The notes: a model not told the origin generated them from the sequence alone. Shown: positions 7,959 to 16,323, counted from the first letter of the stretch. The stretch is DNA of 22,290 nt from Nannocystales bacterium (GCA_050633305.1 JBOEGF010000046.1:1-22290); one strand, 5' to 3'. Numbers and translations: made by a program.

Positions 7959-9488
7959 ATGCGTATCGCAGCCCTGTCCTCTGTCCTTCTTCTGTGCGCC
8001 TGCGGTGACTTCGGAACGTTCTCCGCAGATCCCGACTATTGCGGCGAGAACGACGGCGACGCCTATTGCGGTCGCGTGAGTCCCGATAAACCGTACTGCG
8101 TCGTGGGAACGCAGTCGTGCTTCGATGCGGCCGGGATCGACGTGAACGACCCCTATGGCTGTGTCGCTGCGATGCCTGCGGCGGAGTGCCGCACCGAGTG
8201 CGGGATCGATGGTGGGGACGAGTGTGCCGTTAGCAGCGAGACATTGAGCGGGAGTTCGAGCAGCACTGGGGAAGATACGGAGGGGCCAGCGACGAGCACG
8301 ACGGCGGAGCCCGAGACGGACACGGAGGGACCGAGTTCGACGACCGGACCGGGGTGCTCGGAGAGCATTCCGTGTGTTGACGCCGAGCGTCCGTTCTGCA
8401 TCGAGGGGGAGTGCTCTACGTGTGATGTCGCGGCGGAACCCGATGCGGCGTGCTCCGAGTTCGACGCGGCCACATCGCTGTGTGTGGATGCGACGTGCGT
8501 GCAGTGCACAGCAGAGGATGCAAGCGCGTGCGGAGGAACGACGCCGCTGTGCGACGAAACGAGCAACAGGTGCGTGGGCTGCGAGTTCCACGAGCAGTGC
8601 GAGGACCTCGGCCTGCACGCGTGCAACATCGCAACGGGGGCATGCTTTTCGGCCGATGCAGCGAACGTGACGATGGTGAGCGTGGCGACGCCCGGTGCAG
8701 TCGCGACGGCGGTCGCGAATGTGGAAGACGGAGCCGAGCACACCATCGTGCTAACGGCCAGCGCAGGCGACAACGCCATCGTCGTCGACGGCGGCAAGAC
8801 CATCGCCATCGTCTCGGACGGCACGACAGATCGGGTCGTGCAAGGCAGCACGGGAAGCCCCACGGTGACCGTCACAGGCGCAGACTCGACCGTCTACCTG
8901 CACCGCCTGGAGTTGACGCTCAACGGTGACGACGTGGGCATTTCAGTGGAGTCCTCGGGAACGCTGTACGCTGACAGCACTCGCATCTCTCAGAACTCCG
9001 GCGGCGGTATCGAGCTGGCCGCGGGTACGAGCGGGTTCCTGAGAAACTGCATGATCGGTCGAAACGGCGACGAGTTCGCTTCCACGACGGGCATCACCTC
9101 AGCGGGCGAGCTGAACGTCCTATACTCGAGCATCGTCGCCAACGACGGTGACGGCGCCGACTCCCTCCAGTGCAGCAGCGGGTCAGTGGTCGTTCGCAAC
9201 AGCATCTTCGTCGGCTCCGATGCGAACTCCATCGACTGCGGCGTTCTCGAGGCCTCGAACTCGGCGTTCGACGAAGCTGTTGCTGGGAACGACAACGTGG
9301 GCGCGCTCGACCCTGGATGGTTTGACGGAGTAGCGAGTGCAAACTTCAACCTCAGCGCCGCTGGTCAAACCGAGTTCGCGGACATTGCCATTTGGGAAGA
9401 CGGCGACCCGCCGTTCGACTTCGACGGGGAGCTCCGGCCAAACACCAACGGCGCGTCGGACCACGCAGGAGCGGACACGGTTCCATAG
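7959..9488 (+). CDS. Cys-rich lipoprotein with a Thr/Ser/Glu linker and a C-terminal beta-helix-like domain
   Basis: Lipobox-like LLCA-C; repeated P.C....C..C units; C-terminal repeats such as STRISQNSGGGI, NCMIGRN, YSSIVAN, RNSIF; ends DFDGELRP...AGAD. Confidence 0.8.
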   Translation: MRIAALSSVLLLCACGDFGTFSADPDYCGENDGDAYCGRVSPDKPYCVVGTQSCFDAAGIDVNDPYGCVAAMPAAECRTECGIDGGDECAVSSETLSGSSSSTGEDTEGPATSTTAEPETDTEGPSSTTGPGCSESIPCVDAERPFCIEGECSTCDVAAEPDAACSEFDAATSLCVDATCVQCTAEDASACGGTTPLCDETSNRCVGCEFHEQCEDLGLHACNIATGACFSADAANVTMVSVATPGAVATAVANVEDGAEHTIVLTASAGDNAIVVDGGKTIAIVSDGTTDRVVQGSTGSPTVTVTGADSTVYLHRLELTLNGDDVGISVESSGTLYADSTRISQNSGGGIELAAGTSGFLRNCMIGRNGDEFASTTGITSAGELNVLYSSIVANDGDGADSLQCSSGSVVVRNSIFVGSDANSIDCGVLEASNSAFDEAVAGNDNVGALDPGWFDGVASANFNLSAAGQTEFADIAIWEDGDPPFDFDGELRPNTNGASDHAGADTVP

Positions 9489-9496
9489 GTGGATGC

Positions 9497-9529
9497 CTCG
9501 GAAAACCGAGGTGAACTCGGGAAAACGAG
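9497..9529. promoter_or_regulatory. Second pair of CTCG-N6-CGAG boxes; candidate enhancer (UAS)
   Basis: ctcggaaaaccgag (9497-9510) and ctcgggaaaacgag (9516-9529), 13/14 and 12/14 identical to the box at 3764. Confidence 0.65.
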
Positions 9530-9585
9530 CGAGGCAGCCGCTCTCGCAGTAGCGGTAAACCTCTGAAATCACGTCGCCCAGCAAG

Positions 9586-9601
9586 TGGGACGCCACTTGC
9601 T
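9586..9601 (+). promoter_or_regulatory. sigma54 -24/-12 promoter for the vgrG operon
   Basis: TGGGACGCCACTTGCT has one mismatch to TGGCACG-N4-TTGCT and lies within the palindrome 9580-9601. Confidence 0.7.
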
Positions 9602-9614
9602 CATGTAGTCAGAC

Positions 9615-9782
9615 GTGTTCATCGAGCGCACTGAGGACAAGGCAAGAGCGCAGCTGGCCCGGCTGCAGGCGTTCACGCGGAAGTTCAGAACCCCCAGAGG
9701 GGTGGTGTTCCGAGCTGACGGAACCCTGATCGTCGAAGACACCGCCTCTGGCGTCCTTCATTCCGAACAGGGGCAGGGATGA
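9615..9782 (+). CDS. Small hypothetical protein (55 aa; not in the ORF track)
   Basis: GTG start, MFIERTEDKARAQLARLQAFTRKFRTPRGVVFRADGTLIVEDTASGVLHSEQGQG*; ATGA overlap with the next ORF. Confidence 0.45.
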   Translation: MFIERTEDKARAQLARLQAFTRKFRTPRGVVFRADGTLIVEDTASGVLHSEQGQG

Positions 9783-9958
9783 CCCGCCGCAGCATCCTCC
9801 CGTCGTTCCTACGCCGAGAGTCGTCCTCAGGGCGCCTCAGCACGCCACCGAAGCGCCCAGGGTCCTCACTGCCCACGACGCCTGCGATCGACCCCTGGAT
9901 GTCCTACGGCGCATCCCTGGTCGAGCTGGCTCGCATGACCGAAGAGGTGGTGCGATGA
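9779..9958 (+). CDS. Small hypothetical protein (59 aa; not in the ORF track)
   Basis: MTRRSILPSFLRRE...PAIDPWMSYGASLVELARMTEEVVR*; ATGA overlaps at both ends. Confidence 0.5.
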   Translation: MTRRSILPSFLRRESSSGRLSTPPKRPGSSLPTTPAIDPWMSYGASLVELARMTEEVVR

Positions 9959-10194
9959 GCCGGCCGCGAATGTGGATGCAGGTCGGGACCTGGCCGCCGC
10001 CACCGGAGGCTCGTCCAAGCGCGGGACACGTCCAGTGGCAACCCCCGCCTGTGTTCGCGCAGTGGCGTCCGTCTCGGAACTCGCAGGTTCAACGACGCCG
10101 ATGGGTAGCGGCGAGCATCGTCTCTGCTGCTGCCTTCGGAGCGACCGCGGGCAGCCTCGCGACGGCCATGCTGATCGGTGCGGTGTGCGGATGA
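9955..10194 (+). CDS. Small Pro/Trp-rich protein with a C-terminal TM helix (79 aa)
   Basis: RRRW followed by the hydrophobic stretch VAASIVSAAAFGATAGSLATAMLIGAV; gaggtgg RBS; ATGA overlap with vgrG. Confidence 0.55.
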   Translation: MSRPRMWMQVGTWPPPPEARPSAGHVQWQPPPVFAQWRPSRNSQVQRRRWVAASIVSAAAFGATAGSLATAMLIGAVCG

Positions 10195-12557
10195 CCCTTC
10201 TCCCCGTCAGCGTCTCCACCCACCTGTGCACAGTCGATGGGGATGAGCCCGCGCTCGCAACCCGGCATTTCGAGTTGGTCGAGCGCATCGACCATCCCTT
10301 CGAGGCCACCGTAGAGCTTGTCACCGAAGACACCGGACTCGACGTTCGCTCTCTGCTCGGCGCTCGGGCCGTTCTCGAACTCGACCGACCGGACGTGACC
10401 GCGCGAACGCTGGGCGGCGTGGTCACGCGCTCGGAGTACGTGACGACCCGCGGGCGGCAGCTCTTCGTGCGGGTGGTCGTCGAGCCTTCGCTGGCATTGC
10501 TCCGCTACTCGACGCGGCGCCGCATCTTCGCCGACCAGACGCTACTCGAAGTGTTGGAGGCCGTGGCCGGTCCGGTCTTCGCCGCCCACGGGGGAGCGTG
10601 GGAGGCCTCGCGGCTGCGAGCGCAGCCGGAACCACGGGACTACATCGTCCAGTACGACGAGACCGACCTTGAGTTGGTACTGCGGCTGCTCTCGGAGTCT
10701 GGGCTCTGCTTGCTGCACGGCATGAGCGATGAGGAGGGCGAACCGCTCTACGTTCTGCTCGACAGCAACGACGCACTGCCGAGCTTCGTCATGGACCCGG
10801 CCATTCAGGCCGACTCCACCCCATGGACGGTGTCGTTCATCCCTGATGCTGAAGAGGAAGCGGACGAGCCGAGCGTGCAATACCTCGGGCGCTGGGACGG
10901 CCTGCACGCACAGGGGACTACGACCGCGGCGCGCAACTGGAAGACGCTTGGGGGCACCCGGTTTGCAACGAGCATCGAGCTGGGCGACGACCGTGGGCGG
11001 GAAGGGCACGCGTGGAGCTACCACCCGGGCCGCCTGGACGAAGGGAAGGGGAGCGAAGGCCCCCTCCACAACGAAACCGAGGCGTGGGCGACACGACTGC
11101 TCGAGGAGCAGCGCGCTGGCGGCGTGGAGGTCACGGGCGCGAGCAACGTGGCGGACTTCACCGCAGGCGCAACGTTCGAGCTGCAGGAGCACCCGCATGT
11201 CGACCTGGACCAGCGCTACGCGGTGCTGAGCGTGGTGCATCAGGCGGACTTTCCTGAGGCGGAGCTCGCGGACGGACACCGAGCCCCGAGCTATACAAAC
11301 CGCTTCGTGGCTGCGCCTTTGGGCGCGGGCCCCGTGCGTCCGCCGCTGCGTTCCAAAGCACGAGCGACAGGCATCGAGTCCGCCACCGTCGTAGGCCCGG
11401 AGGGCGAGGAGGTGCACACCGATGCGCTCGGCCGAGTCCAGGTGCGGTTCCATTGGGACGATGAGCCGAGTCAGACCTGTTGGCTACGGGTCATGTCGTC
11501 GTGGGCCGGCCCCGGTTACGGCGCGAGCTTCATTCCCCGCGTGGGTATGGAGGTCGTGGTCGGTTTCCTGGGCGGTGACCCGGACCGCCCGGTTGTGACG
11601 GGCTGTCTGTACACGGGCACGAACACGCCACCGGGCGCTCTGCCGGAGACCAAGACCTGCACCACGCTGCGGACGTTGAGTACGCCCGGCGGAGAGGGGT
11701 TCAACGAGCTTCGGTTCGAGGATGCCGCCGGAAGCGAAGAGGTGTTCATGCATGCCCAGCGCAACCAGCGAACGGTTGTGCGTGCGGCTCAGTCCACGAA
11801 CGTCGGCGCCTCGCGGTCCCTGTCGGTGGGCAAGAACTCCACACGCACCATTGGCGGCAATGAAACCGTGCAGGTGGGAACGCCCAACGCCGAGGAGAAG
11901 GGCGAGCTTCAGGTCTCCGTGACCGGAGGCGAGCTACGCAAGATTGGGGACATTCACGCCCTGGAGACTGTGTCCGCGTTCTGGACCGCTGACGAGGCCA
12001 TCGTGGCCAACGCGGAGGAGCGTGTCTGTTGGTCCTGTACGTCCGGCCCCCAGAGCTTGGAGGGGGTGCCCACCGGAGGCACGGTCCTCACGCTCGAACC
12101 GAAATCGGGGAAGCTCGAAGCCCTGGAAAGCATCGAGCTGCGGGTCGGCAAGACCTCGCTCAAGTTGACTCCCCGAGGCATCGAGCTTCGTGGCGACCTC
12201 ATTACGGCGAAAGCCGATGAACAGGTCTGGGTCGCTGCACCCGGAGGGCGGTTGTCCTGCAACAAGAAGGAGGCGGAAGTCTCCGGTGGGGCAGGGCGGG
12301 AGTCCTTCGTAAAACTGCGGGCCGATGCTCTGGACTGCAAGGCAAGAGGGCTGCTCCGTCAGTCGGGTAAGTCGGTCATCGTGGCGGGGACCGATGTGGT
12401 GCGCGCCTCGGCCTCTGAGGTCAAGGTCTCGGCCACAGGCTCCGTCGACATCGATGCGAGTACAGGACACGTCGTCGTCGCCGGTGGCTCGATGGATATT
12501 CACGCACCCACCGGAAAAGTCGACGTCAAAGGGGCGCCGATCAACCTGAACTGCTGA
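10191..12557 (+). CDS. vgrG: Type VI secretion system spike protein VgrG/TssI
   Basis: YIVQYDETD; ATVVGPEGEEVHTDALGRVQVRFHWD; CWLRVMSSWAGPGYGASFIPRVGMEVVVGFLGGDPDRPVVTGCLY; FNELRFEDAAGSEEVFMHAQRN; beta-repeat tail ending INLNC. Confidence 0.95.
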   Translation: MTLLPVSVSTHLCTVDGDEPALATRHFELVERIDHPFEATVELVTEDTGLDVRSLLGARAVLELDRPDVTARTLGGVVTRSEYVTTRGRQLFVRVVVEPSLALLRYSTRRRIFADQTLLEVLEAVAGPVFAAHGGAWEASRLRAQPEPRDYIVQYDETDLELVLRLLSESGLCLLHGMSDEEGEPLYVLLDSNDALPSFVMDPAIQADSTPWTVSFIPDAEEEADEPSVQYLGRWDGLHAQGTTTAARNWKTLGGTRFATSIELGDDRGREGHAWSYHPGRLDEGKGSEGPLHNETEAWATRLLEEQRAGGVEVTGASNVADFTAGATFELQEHPHVDLDQRYAVLSVVHQADFPEAELADGHRAPSYTNRFVAAPLGAGPVRPPLRSKARATGIESATVVGPEGEEVHTDALGRVQVRFHWDDEPSQTCWLRVMSSWAGPGYGASFIPRVGMEVVVGFLGGDPDRPVVTGCLYTGTNTPPGALPETKTCTTLRTLSTPGGEGFNELRFEDAAGSEEVFMHAQRNQRTVVRAAQSTNVGASRSLSVGKNSTRTIGGNETVQVGTPNAEEKGELQVSVTGGELRKIGDIHALETVSAFWTADEAIVANAEERVCWSCTSGPQSLEGVPTGGTVLTLEPKSGKLEALESIELRVGKTSLKLTPRGIELRGDLITAKADEQVWVAAPGGRLSCNKKEAEVSGGAGRESFVKLRADALDCKARGLLRQSGKSVIVAGTDVVRASASEVKVSATGSVDIDASTGHVVVAGGSMDIHAPTGKVDVKGAPINLNC

Positions 12558-13888
12558 TGGCTGGCGACCCCACATTGTTCGAGATGCTTGGACTCCCTTC
12601 GGTGGACGAAGACGCACGCGTAGCGGAGGCCCGTATGCGAGAGCGGTTCGGGGAGCTTCTCTTCCAAGGTCGTTACCCGTGGCCGAGTGAACTCGCTCGG
12701 GATCGGGAGCGGCCGCCCCACGAGGAACTGAGTCAGTGCACCGGCCTGCTGACGCACGCCGACATCTTCGGAGGGAGCGAGTGCCTGGAAGAGTGGGCGG
12801 AGAAATACGGTCCCGAAGACGAGTCCGACGAAGAGGACGATGGCTTTCCGTGGAAGATCGGTGCCCTCCTTGCGGCGGGTTGGGTGGTCTGGGAAATGCT
12901 GGACAAGCCGGTCAGTCTCCCCCCGGGCGAAGTCGAAGGTTCGCTCGACGGGTTCGAGATCGATGGCATCCCGTGGACGGTGGAGCGGATGCACCACCCC
13001 GGGGCTCCACACGCGGCCAGGGTCGGCGAGATGATGTTGCACGGGGGCACGGCGCTCCCGGGGCCAGGCTCGTCCAATGTGAAGATCGGCGGCCTCGGAG
13101 CGCTAACGTTCGAGCATGCGGTCGCCTCGTGCCCGCTGACGAACGTGGTGGGGATTCCCCACCTACCGCAGCCAGGCTCGTGGACGACCACGAACACCAA
13201 GGTGTTCGTCAATGGCTGGCCGCTACTGAGGCGGGGAGACTGGGTGGTGGAGACTCCCGGGGGCGCCAACCCCATCTCGGGCGGCATGCCCTCGGTGGTC
13301 GCCGGACCACCAGCACGCTCAAGCTTGGTCGAAGAGGTGCACTACCTGGGGCTCGATCTTCTCTCGGACGGCCTCGAGCGCGCTGGGTGGACTGGGCCAA
13401 CGTTGAAACTGAGCGCAACAGCGAGTTGGACATGGCAGGGCATTGTGGGGACAGGGGTCGCGGTCGGCTTGCTTCACGCGGGTGCGGCGAACCCGATGCT
13501 CGCTCCAGTGGCGGGTTGGGGGGCCAAGAAGATTCTCGCCGCGATCGACAAACCAGAAATATCCCTGGGGATCGACATCGACCTCGGAAGCCTGTTTGCG
13601 GAGTACCGAGAGGACCGGAAGAACCCGTACCCGTGGGGTCCGAGAGGACGGTCCAAGCGGACGCGCTGGGTGTTCGACCTGCCGCACTGGTTTGACGAGC
13701 GCTCGGCCGAGGTCGATCCGACGAAGCCCGTTCCTCCGACGAAGAAAGAGGAAAAAGAAGGGTGGAAGCAGGAACCACTCGACGACGGCCCGAAGAAGCA
13801 CGACCAGGACGGTTGGGACTTCGGACCGATTCACAAGCGGTCGCAGGACCACGATTCCGAAGAACAACCCGAGGCCTGGGAGGACTGA
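12557..13888 (+). CDS. PAAR-domain protein with N- and C-terminal extensions (candidate specialised effector)
   Basis: Central HAARVGE..HGG...CP..PH...VFVNGWPLLRRGD...ISGGMPSVVAG; hydrophobic segments on both sides; TGATG coupling to vgrG. Confidence 0.8.
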   Translation: MAGDPTLFEMLGLPSVDEDARVAEARMRERFGELLFQGRYPWPSELARDRERPPHEELSQCTGLLTHADIFGGSECLEEWAEKYGPEDESDEEDDGFPWKIGALLAAGWVVWEMLDKPVSLPPGEVEGSLDGFEIDGIPWTVERMHHPGAPHAARVGEMMLHGGTALPGPGSSNVKIGGLGALTFEHAVASCPLTNVVGIPHLPQPGSWTTTNTKVFVNGWPLLRRGDWVVETPGGANPISGGMPSVVAGPPARSSLVEEVHYLGLDLLSDGLERAGWTGPTLKLSATASWTWQGIVGTGVAVGLLHAGAANPMLAPVAGWGAKKILAAIDKPEISLGIDIDLGSLFAEYREDRKNPYPWGPRGRSKRTRWVFDLPHWFDERSAEVDPTKPVPPTKKEEKEGWKQEPLDDGPKKHDQDGWDFGPIHKRSQDHDSEEQPEAWED

Positions 13889-13892
13889 CCCT

Positions 13893-14924
13893 ATGAACGA
13901 CGACGTCTTGTTTCGCCATCCTGAACCCAGCCCCGATGCGCTCGCGCTGTCGCATGAGCTGCAATGCATTGAGATCGACTTCGACCCGGGCGCGAGCTTT
14001 GCGGTCCCGGTGCCGCGGTCGATGGCGACGGCTCGGCCGACCCGCCATATCCCTGAGAGGGGAGGGCGCCCGATGCCGATTGCGGTGTTCGGGGAGCCAC
14101 CGTCGCTCGAGGGCCCGCGACTGCTGGTCAGCTCGCAGACTCTTCCGTGGGAGGTCGACCCTCTCGAATGGTTGCGGTGGATGTGGATGAACGAAGGGTG
14201 GCGCATCGCGTGGACGAAGCGACATCCCGGACCCAACGGGCCTCGTTATGAGGTCGGAGCGCTCCGGGAAAAGGAAGGGCGAGTGGCAGTGCGGCGCACC
14301 ATGGCGGTGCGCTCTGGAGCCCGGCTGATGCGCTGTGACGCCTCGGCACCGCTGCCGCTGTGGCCCGGCCACCATGATGCGTTGTGGCACGCCATCAACG
14401 GCTTTCAGCTTGGGCAGCAGACCCGCGGAACCATTGAATCGCTCGTGGTCCGAGAGGGTCCGTTACTTGGCTTTGCCGTGCCGGGGTCCTGGGACGCGCG
14501 AGGGGAGGGCGACGAGACTCGGATGGAGTGGGCCGTGTTCTTAGACAGCGATGCGCAGCGCGGGGCGGCGCTCAAGATGCACGCGCAGCCGTTGGATCGC
14601 GCCCCCGATGCCGGGCTGCGCCGGGCTTCGCTGTGGCGGGAATTGAAGGCCGGAGGCGTTCCGTTGGGCGCGGTGCTGACCGCGGAACGGGCAGAGTTCG
14701 CCAAGGCCGTGCCGGGCTGGATCGGGCAATGGCAAGCGGCGATCGGCGGCGAAGGGCGAGACGGCGTCGTTGTACTCGTTCAGCGAGAAGACGAGGGGAT
14801 CGCACTTGATGTCTTGCTCGTGGCGCCCGCAGCTGGAACCGAACATGTGGATTGGATGCGGGCGACCCGAGCGCTCGACGTCGTCATCTCGACGACTCAG
14901 CTTCGGCCGCCGAGCGTCGCCTGA
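13893..14924 (+). CDS. Hypothetical protein, probably two tandem PsbP/Mog1/DUF1795(Eag)-like domains
   Basis: The two halves start SFAVPVPRSM and GFAVPGSW and end ASAP..W...DALWHAINGFQL and LVAP...W...RALDVVISTTQL; starts 4 bp after the PAAR gene. Confidence 0.6.
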   Translation: MNDDVLFRHPEPSPDALALSHELQCIEIDFDPGASFAVPVPRSMATARPTRHIPERGGRPMPIAVFGEPPSLEGPRLLVSSQTLPWEVDPLEWLRWMWMNEGWRIAWTKRHPGPNGPRYEVGALREKEGRVAVRRTMAVRSGARLMRCDASAPLPLWPGHHDALWHAINGFQLGQQTRGTIESLVVREGPLLGFAVPGSWDARGEGDETRMEWAVFLDSDAQRGAALKMHAQPLDRAPDAGLRRASLWRELKAGGVPLGAVLTAERAEFAKAVPGWIGQWQAAIGGEGRDGVVVLVQREDEGIALDVLLVAPAAGTEHVDWMRATRALDVVISTTQLRPPSVA

Positions 14925-14949
14925 CCGCGACGCGTTGAACTCGAACCGG

Positions 14950-14966
14950 TGGGGGGCAACCCCCCA
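14950..14966. other. GC hairpin after the vgrG operon (possible transcript 3' structure)
   Basis: tgggggg-caa-cccccca, 25 bp past the stop; no U-tract. Confidence 0.35.
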
Positions 14967-15019
14967 GACCTACGCAGAGCGCCGTGCTGCGACGTGAACA
15001 GGAGACGTGTGCCCAAGTC

Positions 15020-15424
15020 ATGAAGACAGAACAACCAGATCGTTTGGAACGCTACGCCCGGTGGCTGTGGAAACGGTGGCGCCGCGCCGCTCACTATGCT
15101 CAGAAGACGAGCGTCGTCGATGCGCTGCTGCGCTATCGGTTCAAGGACCACCAAGAGGTCCGCAAGGCGGTGCGAGACGTCGTCGCCGGCCCCGAAGGGC
15201 TGGTCTACATGCTGCACCGAGCAAGGAGGGCCGCGCGGTACCGGCTCCGAGAAGAGGTCGAGGACATCGCAATCCGCATCGCGTTCGCGATGCCTGCGGG
15301 GGGCGGAGGTGTCATCGCGGAGAAGGTGCGAAAGGCAGGCTACGCCGTGAGCCGGTCGACGATTCGGCGGATCATGGTGCGACGCGGCGTGTGGGGGAAG
15401 GAGGGCGCAGATCGTGCCAGCTGA
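15020..15424 (+). CDS. HTH protein resembling the N-terminal DNA-binding region of IS481-like transposases, without a catalytic domain
   Basis: AGPEGL...EEVEDIAIRIAFAMPAGGGGVIAEKVRKAGYAVSRSTIRRIMVRRGV. Confidence 0.6.
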   Translation: MKTEQPDRLERYARWLWKRWRRAAHYAQKTSVVDALLRYRFKDHQEVRKAVRDVVAGPEGLVYMLHRARRAARYRLREEVEDIAIRIAFAMPAGGGGVIAEKVRKAGYAVSRSTIRRIMVRRGVWGKEGADRAS

Positions 15425-15695
15425 CCGCAACGAAGCCGTGGCCGCATGGGCGGAACTCGAGGATGCCGTCGGTCGCCTGGACTGGGCGACCGCATCGAAG
15501 CTCGCTCAGGCGTTTGAGAGGGAGTGGAATGCGGTTCGAGGCTTTGTCGAGATGTTCGCGGGACCGGATGGGGAGACGTGGGGGCGCCTGGTGGACAAGG
15601 CGATGAAGGCCCTGGTCGAAGCCCTGCGTGCGCGTCCTGTTGACCCCACGGTGGTCGACACGGCGATGTCACGGTTTCGGATGTTCATGCGGTGA
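15414..15695 (+). CDS. Hypothetical helical protein (93 aa)
   Basis: ggagg upstream of the GTG start; overlaps the upstream gene; amphipathic helices. Confidence 0.6.
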   Translation: MPADRNEAVAAWAELEDAVGRLDWATASKLAQAFEREWNAVRGFVEMFAGPDGETWGRLVDKAMKALVEALRARPVDPTVVDTAMSRFRMFMR

Positions 15696-15712
15696 AGGGG
15701 GGCTACTCGACG

Positions 15713-16189
15713 ATGCCTGTAGAAATTGAGGACTCGGCGTGGCCCGTCGTGAAGCTTCGGATTCGGGGAGCTATCTCGAGCGAAGAGGAGGACTGCTTCA
15801 TCGAGGCTTCGGCGGGGTTTCCCGACCGCGGGGAGCGATACGTCGCCGTGGTCGACCTTCTCGAAGCGAAAGCACCGTCGGGCCGCTTCATCCGAGGGCA
15901 AGCCGCGGCCATGGGAAAGCGTGCGACGGGACAGGAGGCTTGCTGTGTGGGGATGGCGTTCGTGATCGACTCGCCGATGCTCCGCGGGGCCCTTCAGGCG
16001 GTCTTTCACTTTCAGCGGCCTTCGAGTCCGTACGTCGTGATGAAGGATGCAGGGGAGGCTCGCCGCTGGGCAGAGTCGAAGCTTCCGGCCGCCCTGCCCG
16101 AGGACAGCACCGAGAACCGCGAAGGACCACGGGTGTGCCCTGGATGCGGCTGGATAGGCGCGGATGCAGGCCGCACGCATCGCACGTGA
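15713..16189 (+). CDS. STAS/SEC14 (SpoIIAA-like) domain protein
   Basis: WPVVKLRIRGAIS...YVAVVDL...GMAFVIDSPMLRGALQAVFHFQRPSSPYVVMKDAGEARRWA; alternative GTG start at 15692. Confidence 0.75.
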   Translation: MPVEIEDSAWPVVKLRIRGAISSEEEDCFIEASAGFPDRGERYVAVVDLLEAKAPSGRFIRGQAAAMGKRATGQEACCVGMAFVIDSPMLRGALQAVFHFQRPSSPYVVMKDAGEARRWAESKLPAALPEDSTENREGPRVCPGCGWIGADAGRTHRT

Positions 16190-16274
16190 GTGAGTCGAGG
16201 GCTTTGGTGGCGGAGCACCGGTCTTCGGGACGTAAGGAATAACGGCGGTAGTCCGCGAGCGGCTACGGCCCCCG

Positions 16275-16308
16275 TTCGGTCACGCTTTTGGGTGGAAACG
16301 TGACCGAA
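16275..16308. other. 34-bp dyad site A (recombination-site-like)
   Basis: ttcggtcacgcttt-tgggtg-gaaacgtgaccgaa. Confidence 0.7.
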
Positions 16309-16323
16309 TGAAGGATGTCAGGT

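Noticed and set aside
7407..8741. Long antisense ORFs (also 10542-11453, 13209-14390, 13319-14236)
   Set aside because: Shadow ORFs of GC-rich genes with no recognisable motifs.
9972..10190. Longer vgrG N-terminus
   Set aside because: Overlaps the 9955-10194 ORF; the ATG at 10191 fits the ATGA coupling.
13443..13892. Upstream extension of the 13893 gene
   Set aside because: Overlaps the PAAR gene and has Arg-rich shadow composition.
10191..14924. Complete T6SS, eCIS or prophage tail
   Set aside because: No tube, sheath, baseplate or capsid genes in the window.
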